This document shows positions 27,309-37,184 of a DNA stretch of 64,000 nucleotides, in pieces. Source of the stretch: Sphingomonadaceae bacterium (GTDB taxonomy: Bacteria; Pseudomonadota; Alphaproteobacteria; Sphingomonadales; Sphingomonadaceae). The first letter of the stretch is position 1; each line of letters starts with the position of its first letter. The notes under the pieces were generated by a model that was not told the origin of the DNA, did not search any database, and saw nothing but the letters and a program-made list of their open reading frames with translations. Location of the stretch: the NCBI GenBank assembly GCA_947375105.1, contig CANCET010000002.1, positions 10,471 to 74,470 on the forward strand, given 5' to 3'. Position numbers and translations under genes: made by a program.

Positions 27309-29375
27309 CTATTGGTCCGGCTCCTTCGCCAGCAACCGCGCACGGTCGGCAACATAGGCACGGACGGACTCCACATCCTCGGGCGACATCCACTTGGCGA
27401 AGCCCACCATGCCGTTGGCCTTGAGCGCGCCGTCATGCACAACCGCCTGCCACGTCGCCCTGTCGGCCAGCACGCCCGAGCGGCGCAGATCGGGCAGCAC
27501 ACCCGAGGAGCGCACGCCGCCGCCATGGCAGACCGAGCAAGTATTGCCATAAAGCTCGGCGCCCTTGGCCACCGTTTCAGGCGACCATTCATTCTGGACT
27601 ATGACAGGCGGGGCCTGCGGGGCGCGCTCGATCTTGTAGGAGGCCTTCCCGCCGAGCGCGAAGACCAGCAGCCGGCCATTGGGCCGTGGGCCCTGCAGTT
27701 CTGCAAAGGCGGCTGGCAGACCATAGCCGCCGCCATAACCGGCCATAACGGCCACATACTGCACGCCCTTCACCGAATAAGTGATCGGCGGGGCGATGAT
27801 GCCGATGCCGGCGTCATAGGACCACAGTTCCTTGCCACTTGTCGCCGCGTAAGCAACCAGCTTGCCCTTGGCATTACCCGCAAAGACGAGGCCGCCCGCG
27901 CTGGTCAGCACGCCGCCGTTGCCGGGGCCGCCGAGATCGACGCGCCAAGTCTCTCTCTGCTCCACCGGGTTCCACGCGATGAGGTAGCCGCGCAGCGTGG
28001 CCCGGATCGCTTTCAGCGTAGCCTTATCATCGGGCAGCGAGTTGATCGCGAGATTGACGCCGAGGTTCCATCCGCCGGGACGCGCCACGAAGGGCTTTTC
28101 GCTAACGTAAGCAAGGGGCACTTCCTGTGCCGGGATATAGGCGAGCCCCGCCTGCGGGCTATAGGCCATGGGCTGCCAGTTGTGCGCGCCGTGGCCGGAA
28201 GGCGTGGCGACGAACACGCCCTTTTCATAGCGGGCATCGGGATTTTCCATGGGGCGGCCCGTCGCCATGTCTACGCCGGTAGTCCAGTTGACTGGCACGA
28301 AGTTCTTGGCGGAAATCAGCTTACCGTTGCTGCGGTCGATCACGTAGAACAGGCCGTTCTTGGGGGCCTGCATCATGACCTTGCGGTCTGCTCCGCCGAT
28401 CTTGAGCGTGGCCAGAATGATCGACTGGGTCTGGGTGAAGTCCCAGCTTTCGCCCGGCACGCCCTGATAGTGCCACTTGTATTCGCCGGTATCGGCATCG
28501 AGCGCGACGACGGAGGAAACAAACAAGTTGTCGCCCTTGCCGTTCGAACGCAGGCGGTGATCCCAGGGCGAGCCATTGCCGACGCCGATCAGGACCTGGT
28601 TGAATTCCTTGTCGTAGACGATCGAATCCCAGACGGTGCCGCCGCCGCCGAACTTGGACCAGTCACCATCCCAGGTGCCCTGCATCTTCTCGATGATCTT
28701 GTCAGAGGCCGCGCCATCGGGGCCGGCGCCTTTGGCAGGCGGCACTGTGTAGAAGCGCCAGGTCATCTTGCCAGTTTGGGCATCATAGGCGCTGACATAG
28801 CCGCGCACGCCATATTCGGCGCCGCCATTGCCGATCAGCACGTTCCCCTTCACCACGCGCGGCGCGCCGGTGATCGTGTAGGGTTTGCTCTGATCGACCG
28901 TCAGTGTCGACCAGATGAGCTTGCCGGTCTTGGCATCAAGCGCGATCAGCCGGCCATCGAGCGTGCCGACATAGACCTTGCCGTCAAAGAGCGCAGCACC
29001 GCGATTGACGACATCGCAGCAGGCCTTGAACCCGGTCTCGCCGGGGACCTTGGGATCGTATTCCCAGAGGAGTTTTCCGCTCACTGCATCAAGCGCATAG
29101 ACCTTGGACCATGCGGTCGTCGTGTAGATCACCCCGTCAGCGACCAAAGGCGTCGCCTCGAGGCCGCGCGCGGTATCGAATTCGTGGCTCCAGGCGAGGC
29201 CCAGATTGCCGACCGTGCTGGCATCAATCGCGGTCAGCTGGCTGAAGCGCTGTTCGTCGGCAGTGCCGCCATAAGTTCGCCAATCTCCCGACGATACGGA
29301 GGTGATCGGATCAGCGATGGCCTGTGCGCAGCCAGCAAGCAAAAGCGAAAGAACGACCGGATGAAACTTGCGCAT
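27309..29375 (-). CDS. PQQ- and heme c-dependent (type II quinohemoprotein) alcohol dehydrogenase, Ca-type, with lipobox
   Basis: LEATPL, ACCDVVNRG vicinal Cys, GGGGTVWD, WDFTQTQ, AHNWQPM, C-terminal CSVCH; N-terminal LLLAGC. Confidence 0.92.
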   Translation of the reverse strand: MRKFHPVVLSLLLAGCAQAIADPITSVSSGDWRTYGGTADEQRFSQLTAIDASTVGNLGLAWSHEFDTARGLEATPLVADGVIYTTTAWSKVYALDAVSGKLLWEYDPKVPGETGFKACCDVVNRGAALFDGKVYVGTLDGRLIALDAKTGKLIWSTLTVDQSKPYTITGAPRVVKGNVLIGNGGAEYGVRGYVSAYDAQTGKMTWRFYTVPPAKGAGPDGAASDKIIEKMQGTWDGDWSKFGGGGTVWDSIVYDKEFNQVLIGVGNGSPWDHRLRSNGKGDNLFVSSVVALDADTGEYKWHYQGVPGESWDFTQTQSIILATLKIGGADRKVMMQAPKNGLFYVIDRSNGKLISAKNFVPVNWTTGVDMATGRPMENPDARYEKGVFVATPSGHGAHNWQPMAYSPQAGLAYIPAQEVPLAYVSEKPFVARPGGWNLGVNLAINSLPDDKATLKAIRATLRGYLIAWNPVEQRETWRVDLGGPGNGGVLTSAGGLVFAGNAKGKLVAYAATSGKELWSYDAGIGIIAPPITYSVKGVQYVAVMAGYGGGYGLPAAFAELQGPRPNGRLLVFALGGKASYKIERAPQAPPVIVQNEWSPETVAKGAELYGNTCSVCHGGGVRSSGVLPDLRRSGVLADRATWQAVVHDGALKANGMVGFAKWMSPEDVESVRAYVADRARLLAKEPDQ

Positions 29376-29408
29376 GGAATGCAGCCTATGTGCGGGTTAG
29401 TGTCGTTG

Positions 29409-29442
29409 AAAAAGTGAGGGCACCTGCGTCGCAGATGCCCTC
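29409..29442 (-). terminator. Intrinsic terminator/attenuator between TBDR2 and the PQQ dehydrogenase gene
   Basis: Minus strand GAGGGCATCTGC-GAC-GCAGGTGCCCTC (one G:U pair) followed by ACTTTTT. Confidence 0.65.
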
Positions 29443-29453
29443 GTGGTGGTCCA

Positions 29454-32051
29454 TCAGAACTTGGCGCCGACTTCGAGGCCGAACTGGCGCGGTGCTGCAC
29501 GGATACGGTAGTCACTGCCGTAGCTGCCCTCGACGTTGATTGCGTTGGGGTAGTAGAGCTTGTTGGTCAGGTTCTTGACGTAGCCGGCGATGCTGAAGTG
29601 CTGCGTCGTGTAGGAGATCCGGCCATTGATCAGCCAGTACGGCGCCTGGCCTTCACCCAGCGGGCCCCGTGCCGAATTGACCGAGCTGCCCTGCGGCCCG
29701 ACATAGTCATACGAACCGAACACGTCGTAGTAATACCGGCCGGTGTAGCTGGTATCGGCATGGACCGTGAACGTGCCCGCATCTGTCTTGTAGGCATCCC
29801 AGTCCAACCCGATGTTGCCCGAAACCTTGCTGGCATAGGGGAACGGATTGCCACCCACGTCGATCTTGCCGCCGCCGGTCGAGATGCAGTTACCAACCTG
29901 AGGCGGCGTGCCGCTGATCGGTGCGGTCGGGCAAGCGCCGTTGTCGAACTTGCTGTCGAGCACGCCGAGGCCGGCGTTAAAGCGGACGGTATCGGTTACA
30001 GCAAAGACGAGTTCCGCGTCTAGGCCGGTCAGCTTCCCATCGAGATTGATCAGGAAGGTCACCGAGCTCGGATCGAGCAGCTGCTGCTGCTGCGCCTTGT
30101 ACTTGTAGTGGAACGCCGACAGGTTGAACTGCAGGCGGTTGTCGAAGAAACGGCTCTTAATACCCACTTCGAAAGCATCAACCTTTTCTGGCTGAACGAA
30201 GTAGACCTGAGCGGCATTCTGGAAAGCCAGTCCGTTGTAGGTGCCCCCGCGATAGCCGCGGCTGTAGCTGGCATAGAGCAGCATGCTCTCGGTCGGCTTC
30301 CAGTCGATGATCGCACGGCCCGTGAGCGCGTTCGAGCCATCGCGGCGGTTGAGCGGCTTGATGCTCTTGTCGAGCGCCGCATTGTCACCGATGAAGTACT
30401 TCGAGAGCACGCCGCCGGGCGCATAGTCTGACACGGTGTAGAGGCGCGCCGCGCCAGTATCGTCGTAGAACGTGGTGAGCGCGTCGAGGTAGGCGAACTT
30501 GTCCTTGGTGTAGCGCAGACCGGCGGTGAGCTTGACCGTGTCGGTCAGTTCATAGCTGGCCTCGCCATAGATCGCGTAGGACTTGCGCTCCTGGGTGTAA
30601 TTCTGCGTGGCCTTCAGCGCGGTTGCCATGCCGCCCTCGCGACCGAGGCCAGCGGGGTTGAAGTAGGTCTTGGGATTGCCGATCGCGGCGTTCACGTCGC
30701 TGAGGAAGCCGTAGAAATCAGGCGTGTTGTTGGTGACGATCTTGTCCCAGCCATAATAGACGCCCGCGATCGCCTTGAACCGGCCGCTCGAATAATCGAG
30801 GCGCAGATCCTGGTTGAAGCTGCGCGAGGCCGAGGCATAGCCGATCGAGCACACGTTGTAGGGCGTACCGTCGCAGTCGATGCGGGGCAGCAGGCCATTG
30901 CGCGTGCGGTCGAAGCCGGTGATTGAGGTGAGGTTGACCTTGTCGCCAAGCTCGAACTTGGCGTTGAGCACGATACCGAAGGTCTTGGTCTCGGCCGTGC
31001 CGATCGAGTTGCCCTCGATCTGGCGGTCGGTCAGGCCGCGGCCCTTGGCGCTGTAGGCGGGCGGGAGGTACTTGGTGAGGTCCTGACCATTGCCGAACAA
31101 CGTGCTTGCAAGCGGCGTGTAGAAGAAACCGAACGCCGAATCTGCAAGGCTGATCGTGTCATTGGTCAGCGAGGGACCATGGTTCTGCGGTGAATCCTGC
31201 CCGCCGACCGACTGAGCCACATAAGCCTTGAGGTTGAGATCTACCCGGTCGCTGGGCTTGAAGCGGATCTGCCCGCGAATGCCCCACGATTCATGTCCGC
31301 CCGGCGAGATGCCCGCGTTCTTGTCACCGAAGGCGACATTGTCGGGAACATTGGAGTTGGACTTGATCAGGCCGACAGGCTGCACGTTGCGGACGTAGGG
31401 ATCAGAGTCGACATAGCTTCCCGCGATCCGGATACCGAGCTTGTCCTCAATCGGAGTGACTTCGATCGCGCCTTGCGCACTGATGCGGTTGAATGAGCCG
31501 TAACCGAGCGTGACGGCCCCATTCTGGCCCTGCAGCTTAGGCTTGCGGGTGATGAAGTTGATCGCGCCACCAGTGGTGTTACGCCCATAGAGCGTACCCT
31601 GGGGGCCGCGTACGACTTCCAACTGCTCAAGGTCGAACAGCTGCTGACCGTGGCTGGCGCGGAACGACTGGTACACTTCGTCGACGTAGATGCCGACCGG
31701 CGAAGCGGCGTTGGAGTTGTACTCGGTTCCGACGCCGATGCCGCGCACGGTGAAGTTTGGCTGCGTTTCGCCGTAGGCCGAGCTGACCTGCAGGTTCGGG
31801 ATCGAATTGTTGAGGTCGGTCGTGGAGAACACGCCCTGCTTAGTAAGCTGAGCCGCATTCACGGCGGTGATCGCCACCGGCACGTTCTGAAGGTTTTCGC
31901 TCCGCTTGGTCGCAGTCACGATGATTTCGCCAAGGCCCTCGGCCGGCGCGGCCTGCTCAGGCTGAGGCGCAATCTGCGCATGAGCCGTCGTGGCCAGCGA
32001 AAGAACGCTCGCTGAAACAAGCGCAGCGCGAAGAATGGTAGACCTTGACAT
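29454..32051 (-). CDS. TonB-dependent receptor 2
   Basis: Signal peptide, EIIVTATKRSENLQ, VVRGPQGTLYGRNTTGGA, C-terminal VGAKF. Confidence 0.95.
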   Translation of the reverse strand: MSRSTILRAALVSASVLSLATTAHAQIAPQPEQAAPAEGLGEIIVTATKRSENLQNVPVAITAVNAAQLTKQGVFSTTDLNNSIPNLQVSSAYGETQPNFTVRGIGVGTEYNSNAASPVGIYVDEVYQSFRASHGQQLFDLEQLEVVRGPQGTLYGRNTTGGAINFITRKPKLQGQNGAVTLGYGSFNRISAQGAIEVTPIEDKLGIRIAGSYVDSDPYVRNVQPVGLIKSNSNVPDNVAFGDKNAGISPGGHESWGIRGQIRFKPSDRVDLNLKAYVAQSVGGQDSPQNHGPSLTNDTISLADSAFGFFYTPLASTLFGNGQDLTKYLPPAYSAKGRGLTDRQIEGNSIGTAETKTFGIVLNAKFELGDKVNLTSITGFDRTRNGLLPRIDCDGTPYNVCSIGYASASRSFNQDLRLDYSSGRFKAIAGVYYGWDKIVTNNTPDFYGFLSDVNAAIGNPKTYFNPAGLGREGGMATALKATQNYTQERKSYAIYGEASYELTDTVKLTAGLRYTKDKFAYLDALTTFYDDTGAARLYTVSDYAPGGVLSKYFIGDNAALDKSIKPLNRRDGSNALTGRAIIDWKPTESMLLYASYSRGYRGGTYNGLAFQNAAQVYFVQPEKVDAFEVGIKSRFFDNRLQFNLSAFHYKYKAQQQQLLDPSSVTFLINLDGKLTGLDAELVFAVTDTVRFNAGLGVLDSKFDNGACPTAPISGTPPQVGNCISTGGGKIDVGGNPFPYASKVSGNIGLDWDAYKTDAGTFTVHADTSYTGRYYYDVFGSYDYVGPQGSSVNSARGPLGEGQAPYWLINGRISYTTQHFSIAGYVKNLTNKLYYPNAINVEGSYGSDYRIRAAPRQFGLEVGAKF

Positions 32052-32114
32052 TTACATCTCTCCCCTTGGCGTGTGCGCGACTTTTGCCGCCGGCACAGAC
32101 TCGCCACCCATTGA

Positions 32115-32130
32115 TCAACACTCCCGTAGA
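32115..32130. promoter_or_regulatory. Degenerate operator (site B), one mismatch
   Basis: TCAACACTCCCGTAGA, about 65 bp upstream of the TBDR2 start. Confidence 0.45.
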
Positions 32131-32305
32131 TTACGCCGCCCACATTCGTCAACAGTGGTGTAAAATTTTTGAGGCAAGGCGGCCAAGTTGGGGGTCGTCA
32201 GCGGATATTTGTCATATATTTCAAAGCCAATCGTCGATAGACTTGGGCTTTTTGCCCGCAAGAGCCACACTCAGAGAGAGCGCCGAACACCTCAGTGCAC
32301 CAATA

Positions 32306-32321
32306 TCAACATATCTGTTGA
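32306..32321. promoter_or_regulatory. Operator palindrome (site C)
   Basis: TCAACATATCTGTTGA; right arm runs into TTGACT (-35-like) upstream of the BVMO. Confidence 0.72.
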
Positions 32322-32408
32322 CTTTTGTTGCGCGGTTGCGGACAGAGATGCGAAGGCTGCTCCGCGGATGGAGCCCGCCGGGCAATCAAGAGCAATGGCA
32401 AGGTAGCT

Positions 32409-34349
32409 GTGCAACATTCCGAACACCCTGATTGGCTCACCACGGCTCTGGAGGCAGCGAATGTGCCGACCCTTGCCTGCTTGCTGGTGCAGTTGACGGG
32501 CGAACGGCGCTGGATCGAAGGGAAGTTTATCCCAACCCGCACGCGCGGGATGGACGACAACGACAGCGGCGGCCTGCCGGATGACGTGCAGAGCGAAATC
32601 CGCGAAGCTGCCCACGCCGCGCTGACTCGGCATTTCGCGGGTGAGCCCGCCCGCCTTGTCAATCCGCCCGATGCACTGCTGGTCGAGATGATGGGTGTCT
32701 CGCTTGGCGAGACGATCCCGGCGTCTTACGCTCCCATGATCCGCGCTGACCTAGATCTGCCCGCAGCCGACGGCAGCAGGCCAACCACTCCTCCTGTTCC
32801 GAAGGGTTTCCGCGCGCTGATTATCGGCGCAGGCATTTCCGGCCTTTGCGCCGCTATCCAGCTGGCAGAGGCGGGCATCCCCTACACCATTGTCGAGCGT
32901 CATGACCGGCCCGGCGGCGTCTGGCTGGAAAACCGTTATCCGGGCGCGGCCTGCGACGTGCCGAGCCACCTCTATTCGTTCTCGTTCGCGCCTTACGACT
33001 GGTCGCGCTACTTCGCCGGCAGCCGGGAGATCCACGCCTATCTCGAGAAGGTCGCGGACGATCACGACATCACCCGGCATATCCGCTTCGGCGTGGAAGT
33101 TACCGAAGCACGCTTTGACGAAGCCGCAGGCGAGTGGGCCGCTCTCGTCACCAACGAGGCGGGAGATGCCGAAACCTTGCGGGCTTCGATCCTGATCAGC
33201 GGCGTCGGCGCGTTCAACAAGCCGCGCTTGCCGAATATTCCCGGGCTCGACACCTTCAAGGGCCCCAGCTTCCACACTGCGACTTATCCGGATCAGGGCG
33301 TGCCGCTCGAAGGGCGCAACGTGGTCCTGATCGGCAACGGAGCCAGCGCAATGCAGGTCGCGCCCGCGATTGCGGGCTCGGTCGCTTCGCTGACGATCGT
33401 GCAGCGTACACCGCAGTGGGCTGCACCCTTCCCCAAGTTCGGCAAGAGCATTCCCGAACCGGTGCGCCGCCTGCTCGATGCTGTGCCACTCTACCGGCGC
33501 TGGTACCGCATCCGCCTGAGCTGGGCGTTCAACGACAAGCTCTACGAGGCGCTGCAGCAGGACCCGGCCTGGGAAGGCCACGGCCGTTCGATCAATCCGA
33601 TCAACGATGCGCACCGCAAGGGGCTTGAGGCCTATATCACCTCGGAACTCGGCGGGGCGACGCATCTGTTGCCGCAAGTCGTCCCGGATTACCCGCCCTT
33701 CGGCAAGCGCATGCTGCTGGATAATGGCTGGTTCCGCACATTGGCGAAGGACAATGTCACACTTGTCACCGGCTCGGTGGTCGAGGCTATGCCTGATGGG
33801 GTCCGCACGCAGGATGGCGCGGTCCACAAGGCGGACGTGCTGATCTGGGCGACCGGCTTCGATGTGGTCAATCTGCTCGCGCCGATGAAGGTCGTCGGGC
33901 TTGGCGGGCGTGAACTGCACACGGACTGGAACGGCGACGACGCACGCGCCTATCTCGGCACAGTCGTCCCTGGATACCCCAACTTCTTCTGCCTTTATGG
34001 ACCCAACACCCAATTCGGGCACGGCGGCAGCCTGATCACCGTGCTTGAGCGGCAGATGCACTATGTGATGTCGCTCATTCGCCAGATGCTGACCGAGGGC
34101 GCAGCGCAAGTCGAAGTACGCGAAGAGGTGCACGACGCCTACAACGTGAAGGTCGATGCGACCCACGCCGGCATGGTGTGGACCTTCCCCGGCGTTGAAA
34201 CCTACTACAAGAATTCCAAAGGCCGGGTCGTGGTCAACAACCCGTTCCGGATCATCGACTTCTGGACCATGACCGAGACGGCAGACCTTGGCGAATACCG
34301 CCTTGGCAAAGACGGCACGGCCCAGATCGAAGCCACAGGGGTAGCCTAG
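32409..34349 (+). CDS. Baeyer-Villiger monooxygenase, HAPMO-like with N-terminal extension
   Basis: ALEAANVPTL..VQLTG extension, GAGISG, NRYPGAACDVPS, FKGPSFHTATYP, GKRMLLDNGW, ATGF; GTG start inferred. Confidence 0.88.
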   Translation: MQHSEHPDWLTTALEAANVPTLACLLVQLTGERRWIEGKFIPTRTRGMDDNDSGGLPDDVQSEIREAAHAALTRHFAGEPARLVNPPDALLVEMMGVSLGETIPASYAPMIRADLDLPAADGSRPTTPPVPKGFRALIIGAGISGLCAAIQLAEAGIPYTIVERHDRPGGVWLENRYPGAACDVPSHLYSFSFAPYDWSRYFAGSREIHAYLEKVADDHDITRHIRFGVEVTEARFDEAAGEWAALVTNEAGDAETLRASILISGVGAFNKPRLPNIPGLDTFKGPSFHTATYPDQGVPLEGRNVVLIGNGASAMQVAPAIAGSVASLTIVQRTPQWAAPFPKFGKSIPEPVRRLLDAVPLYRRWYRIRLSWAFNDKLYEALQQDPAWEGHGRSINPINDAHRKGLEAYITSELGGATHLLPQVVPDYPPFGKRMLLDNGWFRTLAKDNVTLVTGSVVEAMPDGVRTQDGAVHKADVLIWATGFDVVNLLAPMKVVGLGGRELHTDWNGDDARAYLGTVVPGYPNFFCLYGPNTQFGHGGSLITVLERQMHYVMSLIRQMLTEGAAQVEVREEVHDAYNVKVDATHAGMVWTFPGVETYYKNSKGRVVVNNPFRIIDFWTMTETADLGEYRLGKDGTAQIEATGVA

Positions 34350-34351
34350 CC

Positions 34352-35116
34352 ATGGACAGCCCGGTTCAAATTGAACAGCGTGATGCGGTCCTGGTGATCG
34401 CGATCAATCGCCCGCAGCAGCGCAATGCGGTCACGCACGCGGTGTCTCTCGCCATAGCTGGCGCGCTGGACCGGCTTGACGCCGATCCTGACTTGCGGGT
34501 GGGGATCATAACCGGGCGCGGCAGCTCGTTTTGCGCGGGGATGGACCTCAAAGCGTTTGCCGATGGCGAACGGCCCGAGCTGGAAGGCCGAGGCTTTGCC
34601 GGGATCACCGAAGCACCGCCCAAGAAGCCGGTGATCGCTGCGGTCGAAGGCTTCGCGCTGGCAGGTGGCTGCGAACTGGCACTGGCCTGCGATCTGATCG
34701 TGGCCGCCGAAACAGCGTGGTTTGGCCTGCCGGAAGTGGCACGTGGCCTTGTTGCTGGGTCCGGTGGGTTGGTGCGACTCCCACGCCGCATTCCTGAGGC
34801 CATCGCTCTCGAATATGCGCTAACCGGCGCGCGCATGGACGCGGCCACGGCGCACCGCTGGGGCCTCGTCAACCGGATCACGCCCGAAGGCGGCGCGCTG
34901 GAAGGCGCACTGGTGCTCGCGGAGGCCATCACCGCCAACGCGCCGCTCAGCACGGCGATGACGAAGCGCATCATCCGCGAATCGCGCGAGTGGTCCGAGG
35001 CCGAGATCTGGGACCGCCAGCGCCCGCTTGTGGATGGCGTGCTCACTTCTGACGACGCTACCGAGGGCGCACGCGCCTTTGCCGAGAAACGCGCCGCACA
35101 ATGGACCGGACGATGA
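34352..35116 (+). CDS. Crotonase/enoyl-CoA hydratase
   Basis: INRPQQRNA, FCAGMDL, GGCELAL, FGLPEVARG. Confidence 0.92.
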   Translation: MDSPVQIEQRDAVLVIAINRPQQRNAVTHAVSLAIAGALDRLDADPDLRVGIITGRGSSFCAGMDLKAFADGERPELEGRGFAGITEAPPKKPVIAAVEGFALAGGCELALACDLIVAAETAWFGLPEVARGLVAGSGGLVRLPRRIPEAIALEYALTGARMDAATAHRWGLVNRITPEGGALEGALVLAEAITANAPLSTAMTKRIIRESREWSEAEIWDRQRPLVDGVLTSDDATEGARAFAEKRAAQWTGR

Positions 35117-35973
35117 ACGCAGCTTTGGCAAACCAGCAGATCGCCGTGGTCGGCGGCGGCACGATGGGCGTCGGCATCGTCTATGTCAGTGCCATGGCCG
35201 GTGCGCATGTCACGGTCGTCGAACCCGATGATGCGCGGGCAGTCGGCCTGCGCGAGACGATCAGCAAGACCGCCGCTTCGGCCATCACGCGCGGCAAGCT
35301 GGATGCAGCAGGCGCCGCGGCGCTCGAAAACCGGATCACGCGAATTGCCGATGTGGACGCGCTGCCGGAGGGCCTCGATCTCGTCATCGAGACCGTGCCC
35401 GAACGGCTGGAGCTCAAGCTCGACATTCTGGCGCGGATCGCGCGCCGCGCGCCGAAGCTGATCGGCAGCAACACCAGCGCGATGTCGATCGATCGGCTGG
35501 CGCAGGCCTTGCCCAATCCGGGCATCTTCCTTGGCATGCACTTCTTCAATCCGGTCTGGTCGATCCATCTGGTTGAATTGGTCGAAGGCGCAAAGACCGT
35601 GCCTGAGACGCTGGAGGCGGCTCGCGCCTATGTGACAGCGCTCGGCAAACAGTCGCTCACCGTGCGCGATGTCCCGGGGTTTGCCACAAGCCGGCTCGAT
35701 CTGATCGCCAGCCTTGAGGCGATGCGCATGCTCGAATCGGGTGTCGCATCGGCAGAGGACATCGATCGCGCAGCCGTTGTGGCCTATCGCCACCCGGTGG
35801 GGCCGCTGCGCCTCAGCGACATCGTCGGCATCGACGTGCGCCTCGACATCGCGCGCACGCTGGAGGCCGCCCACGGGCCGCGCTTCGCCCCGCCGCAAAT
35901 CCTCATCGACATGGTCGCCGCAGGCAAACTCGGCGCCAAATCGGGCCAAGGCTTCTTCACCTGGCCGAAGTAA
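35113..35973 (+). CDS. 3-hydroxyacyl-CoA dehydrogenase
   Basis: VVGGGTMG, IETVPE, SNTS, GMHFFNP, DVPGF. Confidence 0.92.
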   Translation: MNAALANQQIAVVGGGTMGVGIVYVSAMAGAHVTVVEPDDARAVGLRETISKTAASAITRGKLDAAGAAALENRITRIADVDALPEGLDLVIETVPERLELKLDILARIARRAPKLIGSNTSAMSIDRLAQALPNPGIFLGMHFFNPVWSIHLVELVEGAKTVPETLEAARAYVTALGKQSLTVRDVPGFATSRLDLIASLEAMRMLESGVASAEDIDRAAVVAYRHPVGPLRLSDIVGIDVRLDIARTLEAAHGPRFAPPQILIDMVAAGKLGAKSGQGFFTWPK

Positions 35974-36000
35974 ACCTCTATTATATTTGGAGTTTTTCGA

Positions 36001-37179
36001 ATGTCGTCTGATCTTTTCCAAACAACCCTGTGCGATACCGCCGACCATCATCGCGATCTGCGTGACAGCGTCAGCAAACTCGTCGGCAAGTTTGGGCGGA
36101 AATACTTCCAGGATGTCGTCAACAAGGGCGAGCAGCCGACCGCGCTGTGGTCGGCGCTGGGCGAAGCCGGGTTCCTGGGTGTGCACGTGTCAGAGGCATA
36201 CGGCGGCGGTGGTGGCGGCCTTGCGGAACTCAATATCTGCATCGAGGAAACCGCAGCGCATGGCTGCCCGATCCTCTCGATGGTCATCTCCTCGATCACC
36301 GCGCCGATCATTGCGGCTTGCGGCAGCGAGGCGATGAAGCAGGAGTGGTTGCCCGGCATCGCCAGCGGCAAACGCAAGATGTGCTTCGGCATCACCGAGC
36401 CGAACGCCGGGTCGAACACCCACAAGGTCACCACCCATGCGGTGCGCAAGGGCAATGGCTGGGTGATCAACGGCGCAAAATACTGGACTTCCGACATCGA
36501 CCAGTCGGACGCGGTCATGGTCGTGGCGCGTGACGGCGTGCCGGTGAATGACGGCTCGCGGCAAGGCTTGTCTCTGTTCGTTGTGCCCACCAACACGCCG
36601 GGCATCTCGATGACACAGATCGATTCAGCGCTGCGCACCTCCGAAAAGCAGTTCTCGGTGTTTTACGACAATGTCGAAGTGTCAGACGACGCGCTGATCG
36701 GGGAGCCGGGCGCGGGTCTGAAGCAGGTGTTCTCGGGCCTCAATCCCGAACGCATCGCAGCGGCCGCGATCAACAACGGCATCTCGCGCTTCGCGATTAC
36801 GCAGGCCGCGCAATATGCCAAGGACCGATCGGTTTGGAGCACACCGATCGGTGCGCATCAGGGCGTCGCCCATCCGCTTGCCGAGGCATACATCAACGTG
36901 CAGGCCGCCCGCTTGCTCAATGCGCGCGCCGCGCAGCTGTGCGATGGCGGGGAAGACGCCGCCGAAACCGCCAACATGGCCAAGTTCGCTGCCGCCGAAT
37001 CTTCCTTGAAGGCGCTCGATCAGGCGATCCAGGTTCACGGTGGCAACGGGCTTTCGAATGAGTATGGTCTTTCCGACCTGTGGTTCATCGCGCGCCTGCA
37101 CCGCACAGCACCGGTGAGCCGCGAGATGATCCTGAATTACGTCTCAACCCACAGCCTGGGTCTTCCGAAGAGCTACTGA
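36001..37179 (+). CDS. Acyl-CoA dehydrogenase
   Basis: FGITEPNAGSN, NGAKYWTS, LNPERI, QVHGGNG. Confidence 0.93.
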   Translation: MSSDLFQTTLCDTADHHRDLRDSVSKLVGKFGRKYFQDVVNKGEQPTALWSALGEAGFLGVHVSEAYGGGGGGLAELNICIEETAAHGCPILSMVISSITAPIIAACGSEAMKQEWLPGIASGKRKMCFGITEPNAGSNTHKVTTHAVRKGNGWVINGAKYWTSDIDQSDAVMVVARDGVPVNDGSRQGLSLFVVPTNTPGISMTQIDSALRTSEKQFSVFYDNVEVSDDALIGEPGAGLKQVFSGLNPERIAAAAINNGISRFAITQAAQYAKDRSVWSTPIGAHQGVAHPLAEAYINVQAARLLNARAAQLCDGGEDAAETANMAKFAAAESSLKALDQAIQVHGGNGLSNEYGLSDLWFIARLHRTAPVSREMILNYVSTHSLGLPKSY

Positions 37180-37184
37180 TCCCC

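Noticed and set aside
28425-28445. Lanthanide-dependent PQQ dehydrogenase
   Set aside because: The motif is WDFT, without the extra Asp (D-x-D) of XoxF/PedH/ExaF.
30080-30094. CTG repeat encoding a short poly-Gln run in TBDR2
   Set aside because: In-frame and too short to indicate phase variation.
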